A stretch of 64,000 nucleotides of DNA from Promethearchaeota archaeon (lineage in GTDB: Archaea; Asgardarchaeota; Lokiarchaeia; Sigyniarchaeales; SOKP01): NCBI GenBank assembly GCA_048940925.1, contig JBHLOC010000011.1, forward strand, positions 38,453-102,452, in the 5' to 3' direction. Positions within the stretch are counted from its first letter, which is position 1, and every line of letters starts with the position of its first letter. The translations under genes were made by a program, and so were the position numbers. Below the pieces are notes generated by a model, which searched no databases, was not told the DNA's origin, and worked only from the letters and a program-made list of their open reading frames with translations. This document shows positions 1 through 10,200 of this stretch, piece after piece.

Positions 1-1019
1 AAAGGAGTACAAATTAAAATCAGAATTCTATCAAATCTTAATAGGATTCTAAGAGAAAAAGGAAGTGTCAATAAGTTCGGTGTTAGAACTCCAAATAGAA
101 ATAAAAAGAAGAAAAAACCGGGTAAAATAAAAGATACTCCGATTATTATCCAACCAGATATTAAATAGAAATGGAATGGAATAGTCATTTCTTTGACGTG
201 AGCCCTTAGATTCTCTTCATTATATTTCTCTTTGTATTCATCTTCAAAAATTATTTTGTCTATTTCGTTTTTATGGATTAAAGATTCATCGTCTTTTTTA
301 GCGGGAGCTCCACGATATATCGAATCACTTTCTAAATGTTGGTTAATCGTAGTCATTGAGATTGCATCAAGAATGGTATTAGATTCAATTACCGTTCCGG
401 GTAGTACAACTGCATGCGCTCCTATAATTACATTATCCTTTATTATCACCCTTTTTATAATTAATTTATTCTTGATCATAACATTTGAAATTATGAAGCT
501 ACCTTGACCAATTCTGATATTTTTCCCAAGTTCTATAAATTCAAGATCAACCCATCCCTCGCTTAATGAATTTGAAAATGAAGTTTTTACCCCTAAAACT
601 TTAAAAAGGAAAGTCTCAAGTATAGGTAGAGATAACTGTCGCGCCAACCATGCTGGCCATTTTTTTGCAATTGCACGTAAACACCAATAACAATAATCTT
701 TATCATTCTTGTTTCTAAAAAATACGCCCTCCTTTGGTTTATGTACCAAATTAATAAAAAATAGAAAAATTCTTGCTACTATTATTGAACTTAATATCAA
801 GATGATTATACCAATATAAAAAACGATAGGAAAAAGTAAGTAAAAGAGAAATTCAAGGTTATAGAAGAATTGCCAAAAATACCATAACCAGACAATTGTT
901 GGTTGAGCACTTACCACAATTATTATAATATAATGTATTAAATAGCGCTTTTTAACAAGTGTATTTGTTGTTCTAGAACCAACTCTTAAGGATGAGGGAA
1001 TAGAAATTTTGTAATCACT
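1..1019 (-). CDS. Membrane-associated hexapeptide-repeat (left-handed beta-helix) acyltransferase-like protein, partial (runs off window start)
   Basis: Manual translation, not in ORF track. Open frame from ~1019 to position 1: two TM segments, then VIIKDNVIIGAHAVVLPGTVIESNTILDAISM...IYRGAPA, then a new TM block. Start codon unclear (in-frame TGA at 1022-1020). Confidence 0.72.
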
Positions 1020-1129
1020 TCATATTTGTATCATTTCATTCTAATGAAATATTTTAAACTGATTATTTATGTTTATCCTTTTCTTGAAATTAAATAACTC
1101 ATTGGAATAAAAGATTATAATAGAATGAT

Positions 1130-1486
1130 TTATTCCATTTCAAAGTCTTCAATCATATTTACCTCTTTATTAGCATTAATAGTAATAGCAATAAGAGCTG
1201 TTTCCTCATCGTCAGTACTCTCTGGGTCAAACATTACAAAATAAAAAGTCTTTTCTTCATTCTCAAAACCTACTTCCATCTCCCCACAATCGTCCGGTAA
1301 AATTGTTTTGATATTATCCGGTGCGTTTGATTTGAGAATCTCAAATATTGAATCTTCAATATCTTTCTGTTTTTTTCTGATTTCTTTAATATTGGAGAAA
1401 TCAAATTGTCCAAGAGCCTCCTGTGCTTTATCATTCAATTCAATCCATTCTTGAAAGATGGTTTTTAAATCAGGTTCAGATGTCAT
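1130..1486 (-). CDS. Hypothetical acidic protein
   Basis: ORF 1130..1603. Likely true start ATG 1486 (MTSEPDLK); the upstream extension looks non-coding and overlaps the divergent gene. Confidence 0.65.
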   Translation of the reverse strand: MTSEPDLKTIFQEWIELNDKAQEALGQFDFSNIKEIRKKQKDIEDSIFEILKSNAPDNIKTILPDDCGEMEVGFENEEKTFYFVMFDPESTDDEETALIAITINANKEVNMIEDFEME

Positions 1487-1596
1487 ATAAGACACAGTTA
1501 TTTCTATAAAAAAAAGCTTTTGTATTATCAAGAAAATAATTATTAATAGGTTGTTCTTTAGTATATCATAGAGTTTTAAATCAAAAAGATATAAAT

Positions 1597-2169
1597 ATGT
1601 CAATCCAGCTTCCGAAACCTCGCCTAAAAGGTACTATGAGTACTGAAGAATGTATTTATAGTCGAGAAAGTGTGAGACAATATAAAGATAAGAAGATTGA
1701 AATTGAAAAATTATCATTAATTTTATGGTCAGCCCAAGGATTGAAAGGATTTAAAAGAACAGTACCTTCTGCGGGTGCTACTTATCCCTTAGAGATATAT
1801 GTTACATTGAAAGATAACGGTTATTTTCATTATAAAGTTAAAAATCATAGCTTAGAATTAATTAGTAAAGAGGATCTAAGTCTCCAACTAGCTAGAGCTT
1901 CCTGGAATCAGAATTTTATTGCTGAAGCGTACATGAATATAATAATCTGTGCGATCTTCTCAAGAACAACTCAGAGATATGGTCAGAGAGGTGTGCGATA
2001 TGTATTTATTGAAGTGGGTCATTGTGCTCAAAATATTCATTTAGAAGCTGTTGCTTTAGGTTTAGCTTCAGTACCTATTGGGGCTTATGATGATGACAGA
2101 GTTAAAGAAGTTCTGAATCTTCCTAAAAAAACAGAACCGTTATATATTATTCCAATTGGATACTCCTGA
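1597..2169 (+). CDS. SagB/ThcOx-family nitroreductase-like FMN dehydrogenase
   Basis: RESVRQY, RTVPSAGATYPLEIY, EVGHCAQN, IGAY motifs. Confidence 0.9.
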   Translation: MSIQLPKPRLKGTMSTEECIYSRESVRQYKDKKIEIEKLSLILWSAQGLKGFKRTVPSAGATYPLEIYVTLKDNGYFHYKVKNHSLELISKEDLSLQLARASWNQNFIAEAYMNIIICAIFSRTTQRYGQRGVRYVFIEVGHCAQNIHLEAVALGLASVPIGAYDDDRVKEVLNLPKKTEPLYIIPIGYS

Positions 2170-2198
2170 TTATCTCAAGAGATTTTTAAAAAGAATTA

Positions 2199-2729
2199 TC
2201 AGTAAGCTCTTTGGGCTTTAAATTCTATTTTTTCAATTGTAAATAACATTGGATCTGGATTATAATTTTTATATTTAACATGCCCCATATATTTCATTCC
2301 TATTCTTTCAGCAACTTTCCATGATTTGGAATGTTTTGGATTGATGAGTGCGATAATTTTAGATAATTCTAAATCTATAAATGCGTATTCGAAAAGTTTT
2401 TTCATAAATTCTATAGCGTATCCATAACCTCGATATTTTGGTAATAATGCATAAAAAGTTAAAGCGCTTATGGTATCTTCTAAATCTTTCAATCCACAGA
2501 ATCCTAAGAAATTTTCAGTTTCTTTATCTTGGATTACTAAAATAGTAATTGATTTAGGATCGTTAATTAGACAACCAAATAAATTTTTTATTTCTTTAAA
2601 TTTAGCGTTCAAGTAGAGATTTTCCATTGTTTCTTTATTGGATATTAAATTTTGAATAGATTTAATGTCATCTTTGTTTAATGATCTAAGAAATAGTCGT
2701 TTAGTCTCTAATTTTTGTGGAACTGTCAT
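2199..2729 (-). CDS. GNAT N-acetyltransferase, RimJ/RimL type
   Basis: LETKRLFLR start, YRGYGYA acetyl-CoA motif, SWKVAERIGM. Confidence 0.85.
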   Translation of the reverse strand: MTVPQKLETKRLFLRSLNKDDIKSIQNLISNKETMENLYLNAKFKEIKNLFGCLINDPKSITILVIQDKETENFLGFCGLKDLEDTISALTFYALLPKYRGYGYAIEFMKKLFEYAFIDLELSKIIALINPKHSKSWKVAERIGMKYMGHVKYKNYNPDPMLFTIEKIEFKAQRAY

Positions 2730-2835
2730 TTTATTGTAATTTTAAGTTATAAATAAAATAATATTTATAGTAATAGAAAAATGAATTTTTATTAATTGCT
2801 TTATTTAAGATTAACATAATAATAATATAATTATT

Positions 2836-3657
2836 ATGATAAACCAAAATTATGAAATAAAAACAAAGATAAGACACAAAATTATTTATAATTCAACAAT
2901 TTTCTTAATTTTTGAGTTTTGGTTTTTCTATTCAACATACAATAATATTATCAGTTTATACATTATCAGCTTTTCTATTCTCATTCTATTAAGTTGTTCA
3001 ATAATTTACAATTTTAAAAAAGGAGTAGACAAAATTACAATTACTTTTCAGAGTGTATTGCTATTAATTCCAATTTTATTTCTAATAGATATAATTTTCA
3101 TTTATAGACCTTTATCACCTCCTTTTTTTTTTTCTATTTACAATTTAATAGGTTTAGTCCATAGGGTTGATCTCATATCCTTTTCCATATTGTTGGCGTT
3201 GGTCTTATTAAAATTAGGCGTTATTAAAATCTACTTTATGAATAATCTTAAGATTCTTGAAGCAGGTGGAGGTGATGAGATTTTTCAATATTTTACTAAA
3301 GAAATAGATTATCAGAAAATAATAATGTTCTTATTATTATTCCCACTTAGCGCATTTATAGAAGAATTGATATATAGAAGTATCTTATTGAGTTTCTTTA
3401 TATATTATTTTAATTTGAATATATTTATCGGAATTACAGTAATATCAGTAATCTTTGGCTTTGTTCATTATACTGCCTCGAAAAATTGGGGACATGTTTT
3501 TTCAACATTAATATCATCTGTAATTTACTTTTTCGCTTTAATTCAGTTAGGATTATTATTCGCATGGATGTTTCATCTTATAACAAATCTATTTGTTATA
3601 TTATTCTATTATCAAGCCAGAAGGAAAACGAATAAAAAGAATGATAATATGATGTAA
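2836..3657 (+). CDS. CPBP (Abi/CAAX type II) intramembrane protease
   Basis: EELIYR, FGFVH and HLITN motifs; multiple TM segments. Confidence 0.85.
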   Translation: MINQNYEIKTKIRHKIIYNSTIFLIFEFWFFYSTYNNIISLYIISFSILILLSCSIIYNFKKGVDKITITFQSVLLLIPILFLIDIIFIYRPLSPPFFFSIYNLIGLVHRVDLISFSILLALVLLKLGVIKIYFMNNLKILEAGGGDEIFQYFTKEIDYQKIIMFLLLFPLSAFIEELIYRSILLSFFIYYFNLNIFIGITVISVIFGFVHYTASKNWGHVFSTLISSVIYFFALIQLGLLFAWMFHLITNLFVILFYYQARRKTNKKNDNMM

Positions 3658-3684
3658 ATTTCAAAACATATTAGGTAAAGAAAA

Positions 3685-4500
3685 ATGAAAATTAATTTTA
3701 GAGAAGCTAAAAGCATCATAACCAAAAGTAATATTCCATCAATTAATTATGTTATAAATCCATATATAGGTTGCCAGCATGGTTGTGTATATTGTTATGC
3801 GGAATTTATGATTAGATTTACTAATCATAAGGGGGATAAATGGGGACAATTTTTAGATATTAAACAATTCGATTTTAACAAAATTAAACCACAAAAATAC
3901 AATGGGATGAGACTTTTACTTAGTTCAGTTACAGATCCATATATTCCGTTAGAACTAAAATATCAAAATACTAGAAAAGTCTTAGAAAAACTAGTAGGTA
4001 CTACTGCTCACATATCCATATTAACCAAATCGAAATTTGTTGTGAGAGATATTGATTTATTTAAAAAATTTGATAATTTAGAAGTGGGTGTTTCAATTAG
4101 TACATTAGATAATGATTTTGCCAGAGTTATTGAGAGAGGTGCATCAAGACCAAAAGAAAGGCTAGCAGCTCTTGAAGAGATTCATAAGAATGATATTAAG
4201 ACATATACCTTTATTTCTCCCTTCTTTCCTAAAATCACTAATTATAAAGCTATTATTGAAAAATCCAAAGACTATACCGATTCTTATATGTTTGAAAACT
4301 TGAACTTTCGTCCTCATAATGTTCCAAGAATATTTAGAATAATAGAAGAGAATTACCCAAAACTTTTACCCCTATACAAAAAATTTAGAATGGACCATTC
4401 GCAATGGGATTTAATTGAATCTGAAATTGATGTATTTTGTAAAAATCTAAATCTCGAATATGAAATTGAATTTCATCATGGTGGTTTTTCAAAAAGTTAA
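3685..4500 (+). CDS. Radical SAM protein, SplB/spore photoproduct lyase-like family
   Basis: INPYIGCQHGCVYCYA (CxxxCxxC), SSVTDPY, LTKS. Confidence 0.88.
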   Translation: MKINFREAKSIITKSNIPSINYVINPYIGCQHGCVYCYAEFMIRFTNHKGDKWGQFLDIKQFDFNKIKPQKYNGMRLLLSSVTDPYIPLELKYQNTRKVLEKLVGTTAHISILTKSKFVVRDIDLFKKFDNLEVGVSISTLDNDFARVIERGASRPKERLAALEEIHKNDIKTYTFISPFFPKITNYKAIIEKSKDYTDSYMFENLNFRPHNVPRIFRIIEENYPKLLPLYKKFRMDHSQWDLIESEIDVFCKNLNLEYEIEFHHGGFSKS

Positions 4501-4503
4501 ATT
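4467..4503 (+). repeat. Direct repeat copy A (3' end of radical SAM gene); partner at 5830-5866
   Basis: tgaatttcatcatggtggtttttcaaaaagttaaatt vs tgaattttatcgtggtggtttttcaaaaagtgaaatt, 34/37 identical. Confidence 0.8.
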
Positions 4504-4563
4504 TTTTATGAAAACTCGTATAAACGGAAAGTGTATTTTGTTAATACCGAAATTTAAGAGGAT

Positions 4564-5598
4564 TTAATCATTTACTTTAATAATTAATCGTGGCCAACCA
4601 TTAAATCCATCATTTAATATTAAATCATTCTGTGGTTGTGTATTATTATGAATATCAGTTGCTTTAGTGTAAAGAGAAAATGTCCCTGATACATTAAAAG
4701 TAATATTTATTTCCCAAAATACCCATACATGATCTTTATCAATTGATTTTACAATGGTTACTTGAGTCCAATCCAATCCCATATTAATTGTATACTCAAT
4801 TTTTGAAATTCTTGTTCCGCCAAAACCAGCACCCCCTATTGTGAGTGGAATACCAACAGTAATATTTACATTATCGTTAGGAAAAAATATTGTTGAATCA
4901 ACAGGCATAGGAGGGGATGTGTCCCAACCTCTATCGTCCCAATAATCCTCAAGTGGTCTATCTATGACTTCTATTTCTACTACCCATGCTGGTTGTTTTG
5001 CACCGTAATATCCTGGATTTACTATTCTGAGAGGGAAACCTTGATTACGAGGTAAGATTTCTCCATTCATATATAAAGCACCTATGGTTCCATTATTTTT
5101 CAATTGTTCAAGTGTGTGAGAGACATAATATCCATCTGCCGCTTTATACTTTACACCAGTCGCATTTTCCTTTAAACCAAGAGACTTTAAAAAATCGTAT
5201 ATTAGGAATCCTTTCCATACTGCAGTTGATAAAAGGGGTCCTTTAGCTGGATTACCAATACATTCAGTTGTGAGAGTTTGTTCAACTAAATCTAACGCTT
5301 GTAATTCAGTAAGATTAAACTTTTTTGGATTATCGATTTTACCCCATACATTGAGAGTATATGTATTAGAATCAATATAAGGAGCAAATCCTATCCTTGT
5401 TATAAAATAATCTTTATTCTTTGTTATGAAATCTGGAAATCTATCATAATCGTTTTCAGAAGGTTTTTTAGATGTTTTTTCAGATCCTAAAAATGTAATA
5501 CTGATAGCTATGCTTGATACAATTAAGATAACAACCAAGGTTAAGATGAGTAATTGTTTTGTTCCTTTTGATAAAGAAAAACGAGTTTTTAGTTTCAA
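4564..5598 (-). CDS. Membrane-anchored sulfite oxidase-family molybdopterin oxidoreductase
   Basis: N-terminal TM; ECIGN (Mo-ligand Cys), AADGY, QGFPLRIVNPGYYGAKQPAW; C-terminal Ig-like dimerisation domain. Confidence 0.88.
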   Translation of the reverse strand: MKLKTRFSLSKGTKQLLILTLVVILIVSSIAISITFLGSEKTSKKPSENDYDRFPDFITKNKDYFITRIGFAPYIDSNTYTLNVWGKIDNPKKFNLTELQALDLVEQTLTTECIGNPAKGPLLSTAVWKGFLIYDFLKSLGLKENATGVKYKAADGYYVSHTLEQLKNNGTIGALYMNGEILPRNQGFPLRIVNPGYYGAKQPAWVVEIEVIDRPLEDYWDDRGWDTSPPMPVDSTIFFPNDNVNITVGIPLTIGGAGFGGTRISKIEYTINMGLDWTQVTIVKSIDKDHVWVFWEINITFNVSGTFSLYTKATDIHNNTQPQNDLILNDGFNGWPRLIIKVND

Positions 5599-5829
5599 AT
5601 TAATACATTTCTATCTCTATTAGATTATAAGGATATTGATTAACTTTAAAAACTATGAGATTTAAATATACTTTTCAATTACTCTCAAGTATTACAAGAT
5701 AATGTAAATAAGTCATTCAAATAATGTAATGTTTTTAATTCAATTTATAATGAATTCAATCTAAAATAATAATAGAAGATTGAATATATTTACAATTATA
5801 GTTAATAATATGTATGTATTAGCTTGCGA

Positions 5830-5866
5830 TGAATTTTATCGTGGTGGTTTTTCAAAAAGTGAAATT
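5830..5866 (+). repeat. Direct repeat copy B: displaced remnant of the radical SAM gene 3' end
   Basis: Encodes EFYRGGFSKS vs intact EFHHGGFSKS*. Confidence 0.8.
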
Positions 5867-5920
5867 CGTGATAAAAACGTACAATCAAAAATATACAATT
5901 AAAAAAAGTATTTAAGTTAA

Positions 5921-6571
5921 ATGCCGAGCAGTTTATTATCGCATCAAGCGCCAGGATTAATTTTAAAGATAAAATATCCAAATAAATTTGATGGAACAGC
6001 TTTATGTATTAGTACTTTTGTTCCAGATATAGGTGTGGTCATTGATCCATTTATCGCTTTTAACGTCAGAGGAATTACTCATAGTTTATTAGGATTAATA
6101 TTATTTACTTTACCGATATCCCTTTTTTTAACCATAATTTTTTGTGATTATATTGCTCCTCTTTGTGCTAAGCTTGCTAAGAAAAAAGGGATATTATATA
6201 GACCTATGAAATATTTTGGTTTAGATGAATGGGATAACTTAAAGAAAAAGCAATTTGATAGAAGATTTTATTTGATAGCGTCTTATTCTGCCTTAATTGG
6301 AGGTCTAACTCATCTTTTACTTGATCTCCCAGCACATGCTACAATAGAGCTATTTTATCCAATTATATTACAATCCCCTGATGTATTATTATACTCTCTT
6401 ATAGATTTTGGAACTGTTAATGTTGGACCAGTTCAAATTGAACAGAATTTAACTGTATATCAACTTATATGGATTACTGAAACTCTAATTACGTTAGTTA
6501 TAGCTTTATACCTTCTTAGATATATTAAAAAACATAGGCTAATAAGTAAGTGGTACAAACAAATTGAGTAA
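5921..6571 (+). CDS. DUF4184-like membrane protein (putative metal-dependent hydrolase)
   Basis: MPSSLLSH, PD, THS, THLLLD motifs plus TM helices. Confidence 0.7.
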   Translation: MPSSLLSHQAPGLILKIKYPNKFDGTALCISTFVPDIGVVIDPFIAFNVRGITHSLLGLILFTLPISLFLTIIFCDYIAPLCAKLAKKKGILYRPMKYFGLDEWDNLKKKQFDRRFYLIASYSALIGGLTHLLLDLPAHATIELFYPIILQSPDVLLYSLIDFGTVNVGPVQIEQNLTVYQLIWITETLITLVIALYLLRYIKKHRLISKWYKQIE

Positions 6572-6777
6572 AATGTCTTTCTATATCCTTATAATTTTAA
6601 AAAACAAGGTAGGAATGAAATTTGTCAAAAAAAGGTTCAATAAGATTTGAAACTATATTTATTGAATTATCTATAAGACCACATTTGTCATATCGAAAAA
6701 TAGAAATTGTTTCAAATCTTTTTTTTCTAATCAATCAATAATTTAGATAATAAAAATTTAGTATTTGTGCACTGAAA

Positions 6778-7773
6778 TTGAACCACTCCTTAAATATTGA
6801 TAAAAGACAGGAACTTTTTGCCTACTTGTTATTAGTTTTAACTATGGTTATTTGGGGAGGAACTTGGCCATTAGGTCGATGGTTAGTATCTGAAGAAGTT
6901 GGTGGAGCAACAATTCCTCCACTAATGATTGCAGTGATACGCTATTTCTTAGCTATAGTATGTTTTTTTCTCATTCTTAAATATAAAGAAGGAACTTTAA
7001 ATTGGCAATTTGCTAAGGAAAATTGGAAAGTTTTAACTATTATGGGATTATTATCTGTTACAATTTATCAAACAGGTTATCTACTAGGTGAAATCTTTAC
7101 ATCTGCAAGTGATGCTAGTATAATGGTCGCAACAAACGCAGTTTGGGTTGTAATTATTTCCAGCATCTTCTTGAAAACAGAACATTTTAGTTGGAAAAAA
7201 ATTATGGGGACTACATTAGCATTTATAGCCGTGATATTAGTAGTGGGATTTTCTCCAAATGTGGATGTTTTAAATCGTATTCTTGGGGATATTTTAATAT
7301 TGATAGCTGCATTTGCTTATGCGATATATACAGTAATTTCGCGGTTTTTCTTGAATAAAACTCAAAAGAATTCCGAAGCTTATCAACCAAGCTCTTTATG
7401 GATGATTACATGGATATCTTTTTTTGGATTTCTAGTTACTACTCCAATAGCATTAGTAATTAGTCCAGAATTTCTTAATCCATTAGAATATTTTACCATT
7501 CCAGTTCGAGTGTGGATTGGAATTGCATATTTAGCATTTTTATCTACAATAGGAGCATATACATTCTATTTAGAAGGAGTTAAACGTTTAGATGCTAGCA
7601 GGGCTGCAATATTCCAAACATTAGTGCCATTATTCGGAGTAATCTTTTCTGCTATATTTTTACAAGAAAAATTTGATGTATTTATATATCCATTTGCCTT
7701 GATACTAGTAATTTTGGGAATAACTCTTGTGAATCTTAAATCTTCTAGAGATGTAAAAATAGAAATGAGTTAA
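6778..7773 (+). CDS. EamA/DMT family transporter
   Basis: IWGGTW start motif, about 10 TMs, duplicated EamA halves. Confidence 0.9.
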   Translation: MNHSLNIDKRQELFAYLLLVLTMVIWGGTWPLGRWLVSEEVGGATIPPLMIAVIRYFLAIVCFFLILKYKEGTLNWQFAKENWKVLTIMGLLSVTIYQTGYLLGEIFTSASDASIMVATNAVWVVIISSIFLKTEHFSWKKIMGTTLAFIAVILVVGFSPNVDVLNRILGDILILIAAFAYAIYTVISRFFLNKTQKNSEAYQPSSLWMITWISFFGFLVTTPIALVISPEFLNPLEYFTIPVRVWIGIAYLAFLSTIGAYTFYLEGVKRLDASRAAIFQTLVPLFGVIFSAIFLQEKFDVFIYPFALILVILGITLVNLKSSRDVKIEMS

Positions 7774-9133
7774 GTTGTATTTTTTTCTTTATATCAATAT
7801 TTATGAGGTTTTTTATTCTTTTACTTAAACTAACTACTACAATGGCTAGAATACCAAGAAGAATGTAGAGATGATATCCTGGAATAACATCTTTTTTACA
7901 TTTGTTATTTTTAAAAGTGTTACCTTCACAATTTACTTCTTCAATACAATTATCATTTCCAATTAAATTATTTTTCGAAATCACGTTATTATTACTTTCT
8001 GTCAAATGAATACCATACTCATTGTTCGTTGCTGTATTTTCTGAGATTTCGTTATCATCACTACTTTGTAATTGTATCCCATTAGTATTGTGATTGGCAA
8101 TGTTTCCCGAGACCTTGTTATTATTACCATTATCCACCCATATGCCCGATTCTCCATTGTCGCTTGCTTCATTTCCCGAAACATTATTAGAATTACCGTC
8201 TATACGGGCTCCAAAACCACCATTATAGCTTGCGTTATTTTCCGAAAATATGTTATAATGCCCCTCTATGGTTATACCGTTACCATTGTTGTTTGTTATA
8301 TTATTTCCCAAGATATGGTTATAATTACTATTTTCCCATAAATCCATGCCATGTTCATTGCTATCCATTGTATTTTCCGAAATTACGTTATAATCACCAC
8401 CTATACCTATTCCACCTTCCACATTCTTATTTGCAATATTTCCTGAAATAGTGTTATTATTACAACCTGACAGAAATATTCCAACACCATCATTTTCATT
8501 CATAGTATTTTCTGAAATAGTAACATAACTCAAAATGTCTGCATATAGCCCCTGCGCACCATTGTTATCTATACTATTTCCTGAAATTATGATGTTAGAA
8601 CAATTCTCTACGTGTAATCCATCATTTGTGTTGTGCTTTACTAAGTTTCCCAAGATATAATTATTGTTACTCTCTTTGAGGTTTATCCCATAAAAATTAG
8701 AAGTGCAATTGTTCTCTCTTAATGATCCATTATCTGTTGTTTCAAGAGAGATTCCAACATAAGAATTAAAAACCGTACAATTCTCAATCCTAAAGTATAC
8801 ATCAGAATTTTCAATTGAGATGCAACTTCCCGAACCTCCTCCATTTATGATCAGATCTTCTATAATATAAGGATCGGAAGAAGTGCCTGAACCAGTACAT
8901 ATTGTCGCAGCCTTAGCAGCAATCCAACCCGCATTACCATCTATATATATTTTTCCCGAGATTTTTGAATTTTTCAAATTTTCGTCATTAAAAGTAATAG
9001 CATCGCTATAATCTGAAGTTCTTGCTATAAAGTCAGGTTTACAGAAACTTATACCTGTTAAAGCCAAAACAATTCCCAAAGTTAATAATGTCAATATTTT
9101 ACTTTTTGATTTTAAATTTGATTTTGATTTTAT
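7745..9133 (-). CDS. Surface parallel beta-helix (NosD/CASH) protein with IPGY-TM C-terminal sorting signal
   Basis: GSGTSSDPYIIE, many NNxIxGN repeats, C-terminal VIPGYHLYILLGIL..KRIK. Start proposed at ATA 9133 (GGTGA 6 nt upstream, restores basic n-region); ORF track start TTG 9094. Confidence 0.82.
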   Translation of the reverse strand: MKSKSNLKSKSKILTLLTLGIVLALTGISFCKPDFIARTSDYSDAITFNDENLKNSKISGKIYIDGNAGWIAAKAATICTGSGTSSDPYIIEDLIINGGGSGSCISIENSDVYFRIENCTVFNSYVGISLETTDNGSLRENNCTSNFYGINLKESNNNYILGNLVKHNTNDGLHVENCSNIIISGNSIDNNGAQGLYADILSYVTISENTMNENDGVGIFLSGCNNNTISGNIANKNVEGGIGIGGDYNVISENTMDSNEHGMDLWENSNYNHILGNNITNNNGNGITIEGHYNIFSENNASYNGGFGARIDGNSNNVSGNEASDNGESGIWVDNGNNNKVSGNIANHNTNGIQLQSSDDNEISENTATNNEYGIHLTESNNNVISKNNLIGNDNCIEEVNCEGNTFKNNKCKKDVIPGYHLYILLGILAIVVVSLSKRIKNLINIDIKKKIQLNSFLFLHL

Positions 9134-9440
9134 TTTAGGTCACCTAATATTTTTTTAGATGAAATTATATTTATCTTAACTTAATATAAATTTTTTTTAT
9201 AAAAACACGAATACATCTTATGAACTAGCAGTAATTCATACTCTTTAGAAGTAAATATTGAAGAATTATAAAAAATTTCAAATCCTAATACTTTCAATAA
9301 TAACAGACCAAAATAAAAGAGAATTTGTTGTAGTGATTTATTTTTTGCTAAATTATGCAGGAATACTATAAATTTCTATTTGCATTACACCATTTAGAAC
9401 AATTTGTTTCTAATAAGTAACTTTTATATTAGGTAATATT

Positions 9441-9710
9441 ATGACTAATATTTCAAAATCGGACTTAATTAATAAAATAAAATCTGAATACAATAAAAAA
9501 CTGAAAGATCTAGAAGCTCAATTAGCAAAAAAACATAGTGAGTTAAATAATATTGAAAAAACAATTACTCATGAAACCAAAAGGGTTGATCATTTAAAAA
9601 TTTCTAAATTAAAATCAGAAAGGGCAGAACTTAATTCAGATATTATATTATTAAAGAAAAAAATTAAGAAAGTTAATAAAGAAAAAATTAAAAAACTGAG
9701 AAAATTATAA
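9441..9710 (+). CDS. Small basic coiled-coil hypothetical protein
   Basis: 89-aa ATG ORF with Leu/Ile heptad pattern. Confidence 0.6.
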   Translation: MTNISKSDLINKIKSEYNKKLKDLEAQLAKKHSELNNIEKTITHETKRVDHLKISKLKSERAELNSDIILLKKKIKKVNKEKIKKLRKL

Positions 9711-9846
9711 AGAAACTATTTCAGATTAGTAAGAAAAGGAAACTTTTCTGTTTTCCAGTTTGTTAAAGAATATTCTTTTTATTTGGTAATCTTTAGATAT
9801 TCCTCATTATATAAATATATTTTATCGATAAATCCTTGATATAAAT

Positions 9847-9972
9847 ATGGGAGAAGTTACTCAAGAAATGGGAAATTGTGAAGAGTGTGGAGCTGAGATT
9901 AATCTCGCTGAAGCATGGAGAGTAGACGAGAAATATTATTGCCAAAGTTGCTTTGAGAAATTGAACCTTTAA
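9847..9972 (+). CDS. 41-aa CxxC-x17-CxxC zinc-finger microprotein
   Basis: Manual translation MGEVTQEMGNCEECGAEINLAEAWRVDEKYYCQSCFEKLNL*; below the ORF-track size cutoff. Confidence 0.75.
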   Translation: MGEVTQEMGNCEECGAEINLAEAWRVDEKYYCQSCFEKLNL

Positions 9973-10200
9973 CTTTAATGGCTTAAATCTTAATATTTTT
10001 TATATCCCAATTATCCCACAAATTCATCAAAAGATTTCTAAAATTTGAGCTAAATCTGAAATATAGGAGCCTTTAAACTTTAGCTGCAAAAGAATCAATA
10101 CTAAGATGAGAAGGAATTTATACCTAAACCCAATATGAACTTATTTATTATTTTTGATGATAAGTTAAATAAAAGAAAAAGGAATTTTTGTTTTAGTAAT

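Noticed and set aside
1020-1034. Selenocysteine read-through at TGA 1022-1020 after ATG 1034
   Set aside because: Not a redox motif position and no SECIS recognised; a one-base indel near ATG 1023 or an alternative start is simpler.
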